From positions 1,669 through 65,668 of the forward strand of contig JBKPCD010000175.1 of assembly GCA_046727175.1 (NCBI GenBank): a DNA stretch of 64,000 nt, in the 5' to 3' direction. This document shows, in pieces, positions 54,717-64,000 of the stretch (position 1 is the first letter of the stretch; each line of letters opens with the position of its first letter). The position numbers and the translations under genes are program-made. Source of the stretch: Acidobacteriota bacterium. Its GTDB lineage: Bacteria; Acidobacteriota; Vicinamibacteria; Vicinamibacterales; 2-12-FULL-66-21. The notes under the pieces are model-generated. The model searched no databases. It saw only the letters and a program-made list of their open reading frames with translations, and was not told the DNA's origin.

Positions 54717-56145
54717 GAAGCTTCAACCCTGGCTTGCCGCGCTCGAGACGCGGCCGCAGCGAGGCGCCCGCTGGCTGCAGGATCTTCGGGATCGTGGAGC
54801 GGCGAAGTTCGCGGCGCTCGGGTTCCCGACTACGCGCGAGGAAGAGTGGCGGTTCACGAGCGTTGCGCCGATCGCGAACGCCGAGTTTCGACTGGCGTCG
54901 GCACCGCAGGCTCTGACCGAGGATCAATTGAACGGCTTCGTGTACGCCAGCGCTGCTCATCGCCTCGTCATCGTCAACGGTCGCTTTGCACCGGCGTTAT
55001 CGCGGGTCTCGGGTCTTCCCAAAGGGGTTCGGTTTGGTTCCCTCGCGACGGCGATGTTGGAGCAGGCTGATACCGTCGCGCGGTACTTCGGCCGCCTTGC
55101 GGAGTTCGGGACGCGGGCGTTCACCGCGCTGAACACCGCGTTCGCGCATGACGGCGCGTTCGTCGTGATCCCGGACGGGTTGGTGCTCGAAGAGCCGCTG
55201 CAGATTCTTTTTGTTTCAACAGGATCCACAGCGGCGGGGTCTAAAGACCCCGCCCTACAACTGTCCCACCGTGGCGCCTCGCTTTCTTCGCATCGTAGCG
55301 CCCGGTCTTCAGACCACGCGGCACTGCGGTCTTCAGACCGCGCGGCTCTACCCGCGACAATGTCGCATCCGCGGAGTCTGATTGTTGCCGGCGATCGCAG
55401 CCAGTCCCGTATCGTCGAGACGTACGTCGGGATCCGCGGGGAAACGTATTTCTCGAACGCCGTGACCGAGATCGTCGCGGGCGAGAACGCGGTCCTCGAT
55501 CACTACCGCGTCCAGGAGGAAAGCCGCGAGGCGTACCACATCGGCAGCCTCCACGTGCACGCGGCGCGCAGCGCCACGTTCTCGTCGCACTCGTTCGCGA
55601 TCGGGGGCAGGCTCGTGCGCAACGACGTGTTTGCGCTGCTCGACGGCGAAGGCGCGGAGTGCACGCTCAACGGTTTGTATCTGGCCGACGGCGAGCGCCT
55701 GATCGACAACCACACCACGATCGATCACGCGAAACCCCATTGCCCCAGCCACGAGGTCTACAAAGGGATTCTCGGGGGCAAGGCGAAAGCCGTCTTCAAC
55801 GGGAAGATCATCGTCAGGCCGGACGCGCAGAAGACGGATGCGAAGCAGACGAATCGCGCGCTGCTGCTCACCAATGACGCGACGATCAACACGAAGCCCC
55901 AGCTGGAGATTTTTGCCGACGACGTGAAGTGTACGCACGGCGCGGCAATCGGTCAGCTCGACGACGACGCGCTGTTCTACCTGCGCGCGCGCGGCCTGAC
56001 GTTCGCAGAAGCCCGCGACATGCTCATCCATGCATTCGCGGGAGAGATTCTCGACCGCGTGCAGATTCCCGATCTGCGCAGCGGGCTCGAGGACGAGTTG
56101 TACTCCCAACTGGCGAAAGATCTCGCCGAGGTCGATGCCGCATGA
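54700..56145 (+). CDS. sufD: Fe-S cluster assembly protein SufD, carrying a ~43-codon low-complexity insert
   Basis: The C-terminal two thirds are clearly SufD-like (..TIDH..P...S....KGIL.G.A..VF.GKI.V...AQKTDA.Q.N..LLL..). Position between sufC and sufS fits. Confidence 0.85.
55222..55350 (+). repeat. in-frame cluster of REP-like palindromes inside sufD
   Basis: GGCGGGGTCT-aa-AGACCCCGCC (55233-55254), then two cggtcttcagacc(r)cgcgg units. Translates to GSTAAGSKDPALQLSHRGASLSSHRSARSSDHAALRSSDRAAL with no stop codon. Confidence 0.7.
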
Positions 56146-57389
56146 CTTCCAGCGTGGCCGCACGGCGTGTTGCGTTCGATATCGAGCGCATTCGAGCCGA
56201 CTTCCCGATTCTGCGTCGCGAGGTGAGGGGGCACCCGCTCGTGTACCTCGACAATGCCGCGACAACGCAGAAACCGCAGGCCGTCCTCGACGCCCTCACG
56301 AGCTATTACACCGACATCAACGCGAACGTTCATCGCGGAGTCCATCAACTCAGCGAGCTCGCGACCGAAGCGTACGAGGGGTCGCGCGAGAAGATCCGTC
56401 GCTTCTTCAATGCCGCGAGCACACGCGAAATCGTGTTCACGAGAAACGCGACCGAAAGCATCAACCTGGTCGCCAACGTATTCGGGCGATGGAAGCTCGC
56501 AGCCGGCGACGAGGTGGTCATCTCGGCGATGGAGCACCACTCGAACATCGTTCCCTGGCAGCTGATCTGCGAGGAACGGAACGCCCGCCTCCGGGTGGCG
56601 CCCATCGAGGATCGCGGCGAGCTGATTCTCGAGGAGCTCGATCGTCTGATCGGCCCGCGAACGAAGCTGGTCTCGATTGCGCACATGTCGAACGCGCTCG
56701 GAACCATCAACCCGGTGAAGGAAATCGTCCGCATGGCCCACGCGCGCGGCGTGCCAGTGATGTTCGACGGCTCGCAAGCCGCATATCACATGCGCGTCGA
56801 CGTTCAGGCGCTCGACTGTGATTTCTACGCCGCCACGGGTCACAAGATCTACGGGCCGACAGGAATTGGAATCCTGTACGCCAAGGAGCGGTGGCTGGAG
56901 GCGATGCCGCCGTTCATGGGTGGCGGCGACATGATTCGGACCGTCGCGTTCGAGAAGTCGACCTGGAACGACCTGCCCCACAAGTTCGAGGCGGGGACAC
57001 CGGATATTGCGGGAGCCATCGGCCTCGGCGCCGCGATCGATTACGTCCAGGGGGTTGGCCTCGACGCGATCGAATCGCACGAGCGCGATCTCCTCGAATA
57101 CGGGACGGCCGCGCTCGCATCGGTTCCCGGGCTGCGAATCATCGGAACCGCGAGGCGGAAGGCGAGCATCCTGTCGTTCGTGATGGATGGAGTTCATCCG
57201 CACGACATCGGCACAATCGTGGACCGCGAGGGAGTGGCGATTCGAACGGGCCATCATTGCGCGCAGCCGCTGATGGACCGCTTCGGCATCCCTGGCACGG
57301 CGCGGGCCTCGCTCGCGATGTACAACACGCGCGAGGATCTGGACGCGCTGGTGCGTGGGCTGAAACAGGTTCGGACGCTGTTCGCGTAG
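56142..57389 (+). CDS. sufS: cysteine desulfurase SufS (class II)
   Basis: ..LDNAATTQKP.., PLP lysine ..ATGHKIYGPTGIG.., active-site ..RTGHHCAQP... ATGA overlap with the sufD stop. Confidence 0.9.
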   Translation: MTSSVAARRVAFDIERIRADFPILRREVRGHPLVYLDNAATTQKPQAVLDALTSYYTDINANVHRGVHQLSELATEAYEGSREKIRRFFNAASTREIVFTRNATESINLVANVFGRWKLAAGDEVVISAMEHHSNIVPWQLICEERNARLRVAPIEDRGELILEELDRLIGPRTKLVSIAHMSNALGTINPVKEIVRMAHARGVPVMFDGSQAAYHMRVDVQALDCDFYAATGHKIYGPTGIGILYAKERWLEAMPPFMGGGDMIRTVAFEKSTWNDLPHKFEAGTPDIAGAIGLGAAIDYVQGVGLDAIESHERDLLEYGTAALASVPGLRIIGTARRKASILSFVMDGVHPHDIGTIVDREGVAIRTGHHCAQPLMDRFGIPGTARASLAMYNTREDLDALVRGLKQVRTLFA

Positions 57390-57419
57390 AGAGAAAGGGA
57401 GAAAGAGCGAGAACGGGAG

Positions 57420-57887
57420 ATGGACTCCCGTCCTCCCATACCCATGTCGGACCTCACCGACCTCTATCAGGAGGTGATCCTCGACCACAACAAGCGGCCG
57501 AGGAATTTCGGCGTACTCGCCGACGCGAACCACTCGGCGGATGGTTACAATCCGCTCTGCGGCGACAAGGTGCACCTCTCTCTGCGCGTTGACGACGACA
57601 TCGTGACGAACGTCGCGTTCCAGGGTTCGGGCTGCGCCATCTCGAAGGCGTCAGCGTCGATGATGACCGACTCCATCAAGGGCCGGTCGGTAGCGGAGGC
57701 ACGCGATCTGTTCGCCCGCTTCCACCGGATGGTCACCACGCCGCCGGATCAGCCGACCGAGGATCTAGGGAAACTGTCGGCGCTCTCGGGTGTGCGTGAA
57801 TTCCCGGTCCGCGTCAAGTGCGCGAGCCTCGCCTGGCACACGTTGAAGGCGGCGCTCGACCGGGAGCCGATCACGTCTACTGAGTGA
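57420..57887 (+). CDS. sufU: SUF-system Fe-S scaffold / sulfur acceptor SufU (NifU/IscU-like)
   Basis: ..NPLCGD.., ..GSGCAISKASASMM.., ..RVKCASLAW... Alternative start at ATG 57444. Confidence 0.85.
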   Translation: MDSRPPIPMSDLTDLYQEVILDHNKRPRNFGVLADANHSADGYNPLCGDKVHLSLRVDDDIVTNVAFQGSGCAISKASASMMTDSIKGRSVAEARDLFARFHRMVTTPPDQPTEDLGKLSALSGVREFPVRVKCASLAWHTLKAALDREPITSTE

Positions 57888-57910
57888 GTGGGAAACGTTC
57901 TGCATGAGAC

Positions 57911-57971
57911 AGAAGTGAGAAGCGAGAAGTTAGCGTGAACTGTGTCACGATCGATCTAGCTTCTAGCTTCT
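57911..57971. repeat. low-complexity hairpin (AGAAGY units) between sufU and sufT
   Basis: agaagtgagaagcgagaagttagc pairs with ctagcttctagcttct. Confidence 0.6.
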
Positions 57972-57983
57972 GACCTGATCAAC

Positions 57984-58379
57984 ATGAAGTCTTTACCGAT
58001 GATGCCGCAACCGTCGCCCGAGCCGCCGCCGTCGACGACCGAGACAGCCGCGCTGGTTCCGGACGCCGCCAAGACCGCGGAGCTGAAGCCGGGGATCATC
58101 GATGCGATTCGGACGATCTTCGACCCTGAGATTCCCGTGAACATCTGGGAGCTGGGTCTCGTGTACGACATCGTCGTGGATTCGACCGGCATCGCGGGCG
58201 TCCGGATGACGCTTACCGCACCTGGATGCCCGGCGGCGCAGTCATTGCCGGTGGAAGTCGCGACGAAGGTGAAGGCCGTCCCGGGCGTGACTGACGCGAA
58301 GGTGGACATCGTGTGGGAGCCTGCGTGGAGCAAGGACAGGATGTCCGATGCCGCGAAGCTCCAGTTGGGACTCTGGTAA
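57984..58379 (+). CDS. sufT: DUF59 / MIP18-family Fe-S assembly protein (SufT-like)
   Basis: ..IFDPEIPVNIWELGLVYDI.. and ..LTAPGCP... Confidence 0.7.
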   Translation: MKSLPMMPQPSPEPPPSTTETAALVPDAAKTAELKPGIIDAIRTIFDPEIPVNIWELGLVYDIVVDSTGIAGVRMTLTAPGCPAAQSLPVEVATKVKAVPGVTDAKVDIVWEPAWSKDRMSDAAKLQLGLW

Positions 58380-58840
58380 TGCTGCGCCTTTCAAAGAAGG
58401 CCGACTACGCGCTGATCGCGATGAAGCACCTGGCGACCCGTCCGGGTGCAGCGTCGGCGAGCGCACGCGAGATCGCCGAGCAGTACGACATCCCGATTGA
58501 GCTGATGGCAAAGGTGCTGCAGCGACTCGTTCGTCGCGGTCTCCTGTCCTCGCACCAGGGCACCAGGGGCGGATACCGCCTGTCCAAGCCGACGACCTCG
58601 ATTTCGGTGGCCGATATCATCCAGGCGATCGACGGCCCGTTCACGGTCACGGCGTGTTCGACCGACGCGGCGAATTGCGGGCAGTTCGCGAAGTGCAGCG
58701 TCCGCGATCCGCTGTGGCGGATCAAGGATCGAATTCTCGCCGCTCTCGCCACGTGCTCGCTCGAGGAAATCTCGGCCGAGGCGCCGGTCGAGGAAGTGGC
58801 CACGCCGCTCGCCTTCACGCGCATCGCGAAAAGCCAGTGA
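58379..58840 (+). CDS. Rrf2-family transcriptional regulator (IscR-like, Cys-ligand type)
   Basis: MLRLSKKADYALIAM.. wHTH and a three-Cys pattern ..ACSTDAANCGQFAKCS... TAATG overlap with the upstream stop. Confidence 0.85.
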   Translation: MLRLSKKADYALIAMKHLATRPGAASASAREIAEQYDIPIELMAKVLQRLVRRGLLSSHQGTRGGYRLSKPTTSISVADIIQAIDGPFTVTACSTDAANCGQFAKCSVRDPLWRIKDRILAALATCSLEEISAEAPVEEVATPLAFTRIAKSQ

Positions 58841-58841
58841 T

Positions 58842-58966
58842 CAGGCTCTGGGCTCACGGCTTTTGCCTTTCGGCTTTGGGCTCATGGAGTCTGAACGGAG
58901 CTGTTCATTGCCCAAGAGCCGCAATTCGGCAGGCACGCCTAAAGCCCCTGAGCCCTGAGCCCAGAG
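58842..58966. repeat. low-complexity inverted repeat (GGCTCTGGGCT / AGCCCAGAG units) between rrf2 and the second cysteine desulfurase
   Basis: caggctctgggctcacggc... pairs with ...gagccctgagcccagag. Confidence 0.75.
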
Positions 58967-58982
58967 ACGATTCTTAGCAGCG

Positions 58983-60140
58983 ATGAAGCGCCCGGTTTAT
59001 CTCGACTATCACGCCACTACGCCCGTCGATCCTCGCGTTCTGGAGGCGATGCTGCCGTACTTCAGCGAGGAGTTCGGGAATCCTGCGAGCCGGCAGCATG
59101 CCTACGGCTGGCGGGCGCAGGATGCCGTGGATCGCGCTCGCGAGCAGGTTGCGGAACTGATCGGCGCGTCGTCCAGGGAAATCGTGTTCACGAGTGGCGC
59201 GACCGAGTCCAACAACCTTGCGATCAAAGGCGCCGCCCACGCGCTGCGCGGCCGAGGCGATCACCTTGTCAGCGTTCAAACGGAACACAAGTCGGTGCTG
59301 GACTGCTTCAAGCGGCTCCAGACGGAAGGCTGGCGCGTGACGTTCGTACGTGTGAACACGGACGGCCTGGTGGATCTCGACGAGCTGCGTGCCGCGGTGG
59401 CCGATCGCGCGGTGCTCGTGTCGGTGATGGCCGCGAACAACGAAATCGGTGTCCTTCAGCCGCTCGATGAAATGGGGGCGATCGCACATGCCGCCGGCGC
59501 GCTGCTGCACACGGACGCCGCGCAGGCCGCGGGCAAGATTCCAATCGACGTGCAGCAAATGGGGATCGATCTCCTGTCGGTGACGGGCCACAAGTACTAT
59601 GGCCCGAAAGGCGCTGGCGCGCTGTACGTGAAGCGGCGGAAGCCACGGCTGCAGCTCGCGTGTCTGCTCGATGGCGGCGGTCAGGAGAACGGGCTCCGCT
59701 CGGGCACGTTGAACGTTCCGGGGATCGTCGGACTTGGCGAGGCGGCCGAAATCTGCCGCAAGGAGATGTCGAGCGAGCGCGCACGACTTTCCGCGCTGCG
59801 CGATCGCCTGCTCGAGGGTCTGCAACGAAATCTCGACGAGGTCCGCGTCAACGGATCGATGACCCACAGACTCCCTCACAACCTTCACGTCAGCTTCGAT
59901 CACGTCGAGGGCGAGAAGCTGCTGATGGCGCTTGGCGACCTTGCGGTATCAACCGGATCCGCATGCAGCTCGGGAAGCCATGCGCCGTCGCACGTCTTGC
60001 AGGCGATTGGCGCCGTCAGCGAACGCGCCGGAGCCTCTATTCGTTTCGGCCTTGGACGTGCGACGACGACCGCCGATATCGATTTCGCCATTGATCGCGT
60101 CAGCACTGTTGTCCAGAGCTTGCACCGCGCACCGGTGTAA
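58983..60140 (+). CDS. class I cysteine desulfurase (IscS/NifS type)
   Basis: ..YLDYHATTPVD.., PLP lysine ..SVTGHKYYGPKG.., active-site loop ..STGSACSSGS... Confidence 0.85.
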   Translation: MKRPVYLDYHATTPVDPRVLEAMLPYFSEEFGNPASRQHAYGWRAQDAVDRAREQVAELIGASSREIVFTSGATESNNLAIKGAAHALRGRGDHLVSVQTEHKSVLDCFKRLQTEGWRVTFVRVNTDGLVDLDELRAAVADRAVLVSVMAANNEIGVLQPLDEMGAIAHAAGALLHTDAAQAAGKIPIDVQQMGIDLLSVTGHKYYGPKGAGALYVKRRKPRLQLACLLDGGGQENGLRSGTLNVPGIVGLGEAAEICRKEMSSERARLSALRDRLLEGLQRNLDEVRVNGSMTHRLPHNLHVSFDHVEGEKLLMALGDLAVSTGSACSSGSHAPSHVLQAIGAVSERAGASIRFGLGRATTTADIDFAIDRVSTVVQSLHRAPV

Positions 60141-60491
60141 GCTTTTCGCGTTCCGCTGACGGGATTCCGCGCCGTCGCGTAATTGCTTCCACTCGGGCTC
60201 GCAATCGTACGCCTGGGCACGCGAGCGGTATCTTCCACTGACGTTTTTGTCCTTCGTATTCGTGTTCAACCGGCGTTCTCAAGGGCCAGCCATTCTGCGC
60301 GCTCACAGTTCAGTCGAACAGCGGAAGCAGTCGCGGCACAACGAGTTGCGTCGGCCGGTCGATTGGCCTCATCCGCCCGTCAGCATCGACAGATAGACCC
60401 CGTTCACGCAATTGTAAGTTGGTCTACCCAAACCACTGAGTACGGACGAGCAAACGCGCGTCGTGGCAACAAGGTTGCTCGCATTACCGCG

Positions 60492-62042
60492 ATGCCACAC
60501 CTCAAGCCCGACAGTAGGTGTCGACCGCTGGTCGTCGTCTCGAATCGCGAGCCCTACGTGCACTCGTACAGCCACAACGGGCCGATTGTCGCGACGGCAA
60601 CAACCGGCGGTCTGGCAGTCGCTCTGGACTCTTTGATGCGCGAGCGTGGTGGCACCTGGATCGCTCACGGCGCCGGCGAAGCGGACCGCGCAGTCGTCGA
60701 CAGGAACAGCCGAGTCGCCGTGCCGAGTGACGCGCCTGCATACACGCTGCGTCGGGTCTGGCTCTCTCCTGATGAGGAACGACGCTACTACCACGGCTTC
60801 GCAAACGAAGGCCTGTGGCCGATGTGTCACACCGTCGATGTTAGGCCTCTGTTCAGATCCGAAGATTGGGCCGAATACAGCCGCGTGAACGCTCGGTTCG
60901 CCGAAGCAATCGCGGCCGAGCTTTGGGACCCTGCTGTTCCGGTCTTCATTCACGATTACCACCTCGCGCTGACGGCGGCCGCCCTTCGGACACGCCATCC
61001 ACGCGCGCGTACCGCATTGTTCTGGCATATCCCGTGGCCTCATCCCGACCGCCTGCGGATCTGCCCATGGCGGCGGGAGATCATGATTGGCCTTCTCGCC
61101 AACAACCTGCTCGCCTTTCAGCTCGAGCGAGACCGACGCAACTTTCTCTTGTGCGTACGCGACGAGCTGCCGTCGGCAATCGTCGAATCGGGGCAGGTGA
61201 TGCTGAACGGGCGCGTAACGGAAGTGATCGCTGCTCCGATTGGCGTCGACGCCGCTCGGATTCATCGGACGACCCTGGATCCGCAACTCCCAGCTGAAAC
61301 GGCACGCCTGCGAAAAGAGCTCGCGCTCGACGATCCACGCGTGAGCGTCATCGGTGTGGGTGTCGATCGGCTGGATTACACCAAAGGTATTCCGGAGCGT
61401 CTCGACGCGATCGAGCGCCTGCTCTGGTTGCGTCCCGATCTCCGCGATCGGCTCGCATTCGTCCAGGTCGGAGTGCCGTCACGATCGAAGATCTCGACCT
61501 ATGCGGAAATCGAACGCCGGGTCGACGCAAGGGTTGCGGAGATCAATACGCTGTACGGCGAGGGCCCCGAGCGTGGTCCGATTCGCCTGCGAAAATCGGC
61601 TCTGACGCTGCGCCCGCTCGTCGCCCTGTATCGCCTCGCCGACTTCTGCATCGTCAGTTCGCTGCACGATGGAATGAACCTCGTGGCCAAAGAGTTCGTC
61701 GCGTCGCGAGACGACGGGGATGGCGTGCTGGTTCTGAGCGAGATGACCGGCGCCGCGCAGGAGCTTACGGAAGCGCTTCTGATCAACCCATATCACGTCG
61801 ACGGGTTTGCGCTGGCCATCGAGCGCGCGATAGCGATGCCGGCTTCGGAGCGCGCGTATCGCATGCGCGCGCTGCACCGCGTCGTCGCGGCGCGTGACAT
61901 TTCACAGTGGGCGTCTGGAATACTCGATCGTCTGGGAAAGGCGCAGCCGGTGTTCAGGGAAGTACGGTCGAGAGCGCAGCGGAGCACGGGCCGACTCCGC
62001 ATCAGCGCTGTGGCGGACCGCGTGAGATCAAATGTCAGTTGA
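60492..62042 (+). CDS. otsA: alpha,alpha-trehalose-phosphate synthase (GT20)
   Basis: ..[10 protein letters not shown].., ..GGLAVAL.., ..[10 protein letters not shown].., ..DYHL.., ..[11 protein letters not shown].., ..[13 protein letters not shown]... Start trimmed to ATG 60492. Confidence 0.8.
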   Translation: MPHLKPDSRCRPLVVVSNREPYVHSYSHNGPIVATATTGGLAVALDSLMRERGGTWIAHGAGEADRAVVDRNSRVAVPSDAPAYTLRRVWLSPDEERRYYHGFANEGLWPMCHTVDVRPLFRSEDWAEYSRVNARFAEAIAAELWDPAVPVFIHDYHLALTAAALRTRHPRARTALFWHIPWPHPDRLRICPWRREIMIGLLANNLLAFQLERDRRNFLLCVRDELPSAIVESGQVMLNGRVTEVIAAPIGVDAARIHRTTLDPQLPAETARLRKELALDDPRVSVIGVGVDRLDYTKGIPERLDAIERLLWLRPDLRDRLAFVQVGVPSRSKISTYAEIERRVDARVAEINTLYGEGPERGPIRLRKSALTLRPLVALYRLADFCIVSSLHDGMNLVAKEFVASRDDGDGVLVLSEMTGAAQELTEALLINPYHVDGFALAIERAIAMPASERAYRMRALHRVVAARDISQWASGILDRLGKAQPVFREVRSRAQRSTGRLRISAVADRVRSNVS

Positions 62043-62061
62043 CGACATACGAAGCGCTGCC

Positions 62062-62267
62062 ATTGCAGATTGCGGATTGAAGAGTGCGGCTTGCCGGATT
62101 GCTGCTTGCAGATTCTGATTGCCGACTTGTAGATTGGTCGGCGTCGATCGTCGGTTGGACAATCAGCAATCCGTCAATCAGCAGTCAACAATTCCGTTAA
62201 TCCAGGAATCACTACTCCGTCAATCCGCAATCGGCAATCCGTAAATCTGCAATCCGCAATCTGCAAT
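62062..62267. repeat. 206-nt low-complexity inverted repeat (GATTGC / GCAATC units) with a perfect 18-bp outer stem
   Basis: attgcagattgcggattg (62062-62079) is the exact reverse complement of caatccgcaatctgcaat (62250-62267). The interior is built from the same units. Confidence 0.85.
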
Positions 62268-62279
62268 CTTCAATTGTCT

Positions 62280-63125
62280 ATGCCTCCGACCACTATCACC
62301 GTCGCGCATAGTTCCGATTCCGATGATGCGTTCATGTTCTACGGGCTGGCGAGCGGCAACGTGGACACCAACGGCGTTGTTGTCGAGCAGGTTCTCGCCG
62401 ACATCGAGACGCTGAACCGCGCCGCGTTCGAAGGGCGGTACGAGGTGACGGCGGTCTCGTTTCACGCTTACGCGCACCTGGCCGACAAGTACGCGCTCCT
62501 GCCGCACGGCGCGAGCATGGGCGACCGCTACGGGCCGATTGTCGTCGCGCGTCAGAACGGTCCGACAACGGTGAAGGACGCGCGCATCGCGATTCCCGGC
62601 ACGCTGACGACCGCGTATCTCGCGCTGCGAATGTACGAGCCTTCGTTCGATTACGTCGTGCTGCCGTTCGACGAGATTCAACCGGCGGTCGTCGACGGCC
62701 GCGTCGAGGCAGGGCTGCTGATTCACGAAGGCCAGCTGACGTACGCCGACGAAGGGCTTCTCAAGATCGTAGATCTGGGCGAGTGGTGGGCCGAGCGAAC
62801 CGCCGGCCTGCCGCTGCCCCTCGGCGGCAACATCATCCGCCGCGATCTCGGGCCGGCGCTGATGAACACGGTGTCGAAGATGCTGCACGACAGCATCGCC
62901 TACGCACTCTCGCACCGCCCAGAGGCTGTCGAATACGCGCTGCAGTTCGGGCGCGGCCTCGATCGCGCCCGAGCCGATCGCTTCGTCGGCATGTACGTGA
63001 ACGACTTGACGCTGTCGTACGGCGACCGGGGCAAATGTGCTGTCGAGCGGCTGATGGCCGATGCATTCGAGCGAGGGCTGATCCCGCAGCGGGTGGCTGT
63101 GGAATTCGTCACCGCAGAAGAATGA
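62280..63125 (+). CDS. MqnA/MqnD-family menaquinone (futalosine pathway) biosynthesis protein
   Basis: ..[16 protein letters not shown].. N-terminal motif and periplasmic-binding-protein-like length. I cannot separate MqnA from MqnD by eye. Confidence 0.65.
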   Translation: MPPTTITVAHSSDSDDAFMFYGLASGNVDTNGVVVEQVLADIETLNRAAFEGRYEVTAVSFHAYAHLADKYALLPHGASMGDRYGPIVVARQNGPTTVKDARIAIPGTLTTAYLALRMYEPSFDYVVLPFDEIQPAVVDGRVEAGLLIHEGQLTYADEGLLKIVDLGEWWAERTAGLPLPLGGNIIRRDLGPALMNTVSKMLHDSIAYALSHRPEAVEYALQFGRGLDRARADRFVGMYVNDLTLSYGDRGKCAVERLMADAFERGLIPQRVAVEFVTAEE

Positions 63126-63187
63126 CAGGAGATCAGGAGGTGAGGAGAAACAGCAAATGGTTTTCCTCCTTATCTCGTGATCTCCTG
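63126..63187. repeat. low-complexity hairpin (CAGGAGAT units) between convergent genes; right arm inside a CDS tail
   Basis: caggagatcaggaggtgaggagaaac pairs with gttttcctccttatctcgtgatctcctg. The right arm encodes ..SQEITR-stop of the minus-strand gene. Confidence 0.8.
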
Positions 63188-63868
63188 AGATAACGCATGT
63201 CGGGGTCCTGATCTCAGCGTCAAATCGGCAAATACGAATCCCTCCCTTTCCACCTTTTCTCCAACTTCAACATCGAGCTTCTTCGAGAACATCGGGCCGG
63301 CTATCACGCACGAGTGAAACTCGCCGCGTTCGCCGCAGGGGTCGGTCGCCGAAGGAAGATCACCGAGCAACGCCTGGTCGAAGCGTCGGCCGGCGAACGC
63401 CGGCGAAAGGACGCGGGAATCCACGCACGTGACGATTGCTTCGAGTCCGCCTTCGATCATGTCTCGCGCGAGCTGTGCGGTGGGGCGTTGCCACAACGGA
63501 AAGATAGGCGTGAGACCTGTTCCCGCCAGCCGTTCCTCGCGATACCGACGCACGTCCTCGAGGAAGAGGTCACCGAATGCGACGTGCGTGAAGCCGTCGG
63601 CAGCGGCCTGACGGAGGACAGCGGCCATTCTCGTTTCGTAGACCTCGTTCGGACAAGGCGAAGGAATCGGAACGGTGACGAGCGGCAATCCAAGGGCTGC
63701 GGCTTGCGCGCGAAGGACTTCGCTGCGTACGCCGTGCATCGCGACGCGATCGTGTACTTCGTTGACCGACGTGAGAAGAGCCGCGGGCGTGCCGATTCTC
63801 TCGGTCCGGAGCACGTGGACCATCCAGGCGCTGTCCTTTCCACTGCTCCACGAGATCAGAATCTTCAT
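63170..63868 (-). CDS. Dph6-related ATP pyrophosphatase (MJ0570-type adenine-nucleotide alpha-hydrolase)
   Basis: MKILISWSSGKDSAW.. PP-loop-like start and ..FGDLFLEDVRRYRE.. core. Confidence 0.7.
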   Translation of the reverse strand: MKILISWSSGKDSAWMVHVLRTERIGTPAALLTSVNEVHDRVAMHGVRSEVLRAQAAALGLPLVTVPIPSPCPNEVYETRMAAVLRQAAADGFTHVAFGDLFLEDVRRYREERLAGTGLTPIFPLWQRPTAQLARDMIEGGLEAIVTCVDSRVLSPAFAGRRFDQALLGDLPSATDPCGERGEFHSCVIAGPMFSKKLDVEVGEKVEREGFVFADLTLRSGPRHALSQEITR

Positions 63869-64000
63869 CTGAACGCCTCCGGGTGCAGCGCCCGCGCGAT
63901 CAGCTCGGTCCCTTCCGCGACGCGCGGGCCTGGCACGACGGTCCTCGGATCGACGATGAAATAGATTCGGTTCGAGCGGACGGCAGGCAGCGCCGTCAGG
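63865..64000 (-). CDS. periplasmic substrate-binding protein, BtuF/siderophore-binding (type III PBP) C-terminal fragment; rest outside window
   Basis: My own minus-strand translation gives ..LTALPAVRSNRIYFIVDPRTVVPGPRVAEGTELIARALHPEAFR-stop. The ..PGPR..EG.E.LA..LHPE.F ending is typical of BtuF-like proteins. ATGA overlap with the downstream gene. Confidence 0.5.
   Translation of the reverse strand, partial: LTALPAVRSNRIYFIVDPRTVVPGPRVAEGTELIARALHPEAFR

Noticed and set aside
60141-60491. 351-nt gene-free gap before otsA, considered as a possible ncRNA or riboswitch.
   Set aside because: I could not recognise any known riboswitch core, tRNA-like T-loop or strong conserved-looking structure. 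The only feature is a small hairpin, gcaac-aag-gttgc. It needs an Rfam scan or RNA-seq and is not reportable as a feature.

Overview
GC-rich bacterial chromosomal segment. Gene content looks Acidobacteriota-like: an ADOP-type MacB/FtsX permease, an acidobacterial-type VWFA protein and two CarboxypepD_reg-type TonB-dependent receptors. I count about 60 protein-coding genes. By eye I found no rRNA, tRNA, CRISPR array, transposase or integrase.

Main blocks:
- AOR fragment plus a MoaD-like carrier (1-814).
- Mixed envelope and stress genes (1.2-8.3 kb).
- An isolated DGQHR/DndB-like gene (8453-9592).
- An uptake-type locus (10-20.4 kb): TonB receptor, M20 peptidase, a broken gene, a second TonB receptor, PxpA, MFS transporter.
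- Secreted peptidases and housekeeping genes including fabI (20.6-28 kb).
- A minus-strand sigma54 module (28-34 kb): a PH-like membrane protein and an enhancer-binding protein, then an S8 protease and an HD-GYP/GAF/GGDEF protein.
- A DHS-like / DUF5615 / nagA operon, then queC and queD.
- A metal locus: a DtxR-family ORF fused in frame to a signal-peptide-like segment and a barrel-like domain, divergent from multicopper oxidase / ZIP / cupredoxin.
- Amino-acid metabolism genes and rmuC.
- A full sufA-B-C-D-S-U-sufT-rrf2-iscS/nifS cluster (51.9-60.1 kb).
- otsA and futalosine-type menaquinone genes.

The strongest non-genic signal is in the intergenic gaps. At least 21 of them carry inverted repeats whose arms are themselves 7-9 nt periodic low-complexity tracts, falling into about 10 motif families. 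A separate GC-rich REP-like palindrome family is also present, and one cluster of it sits in frame inside sufD.

I do not see a convincing multi-gene novel defence or mobile system. The best novelty candidates are ranked in the findings.
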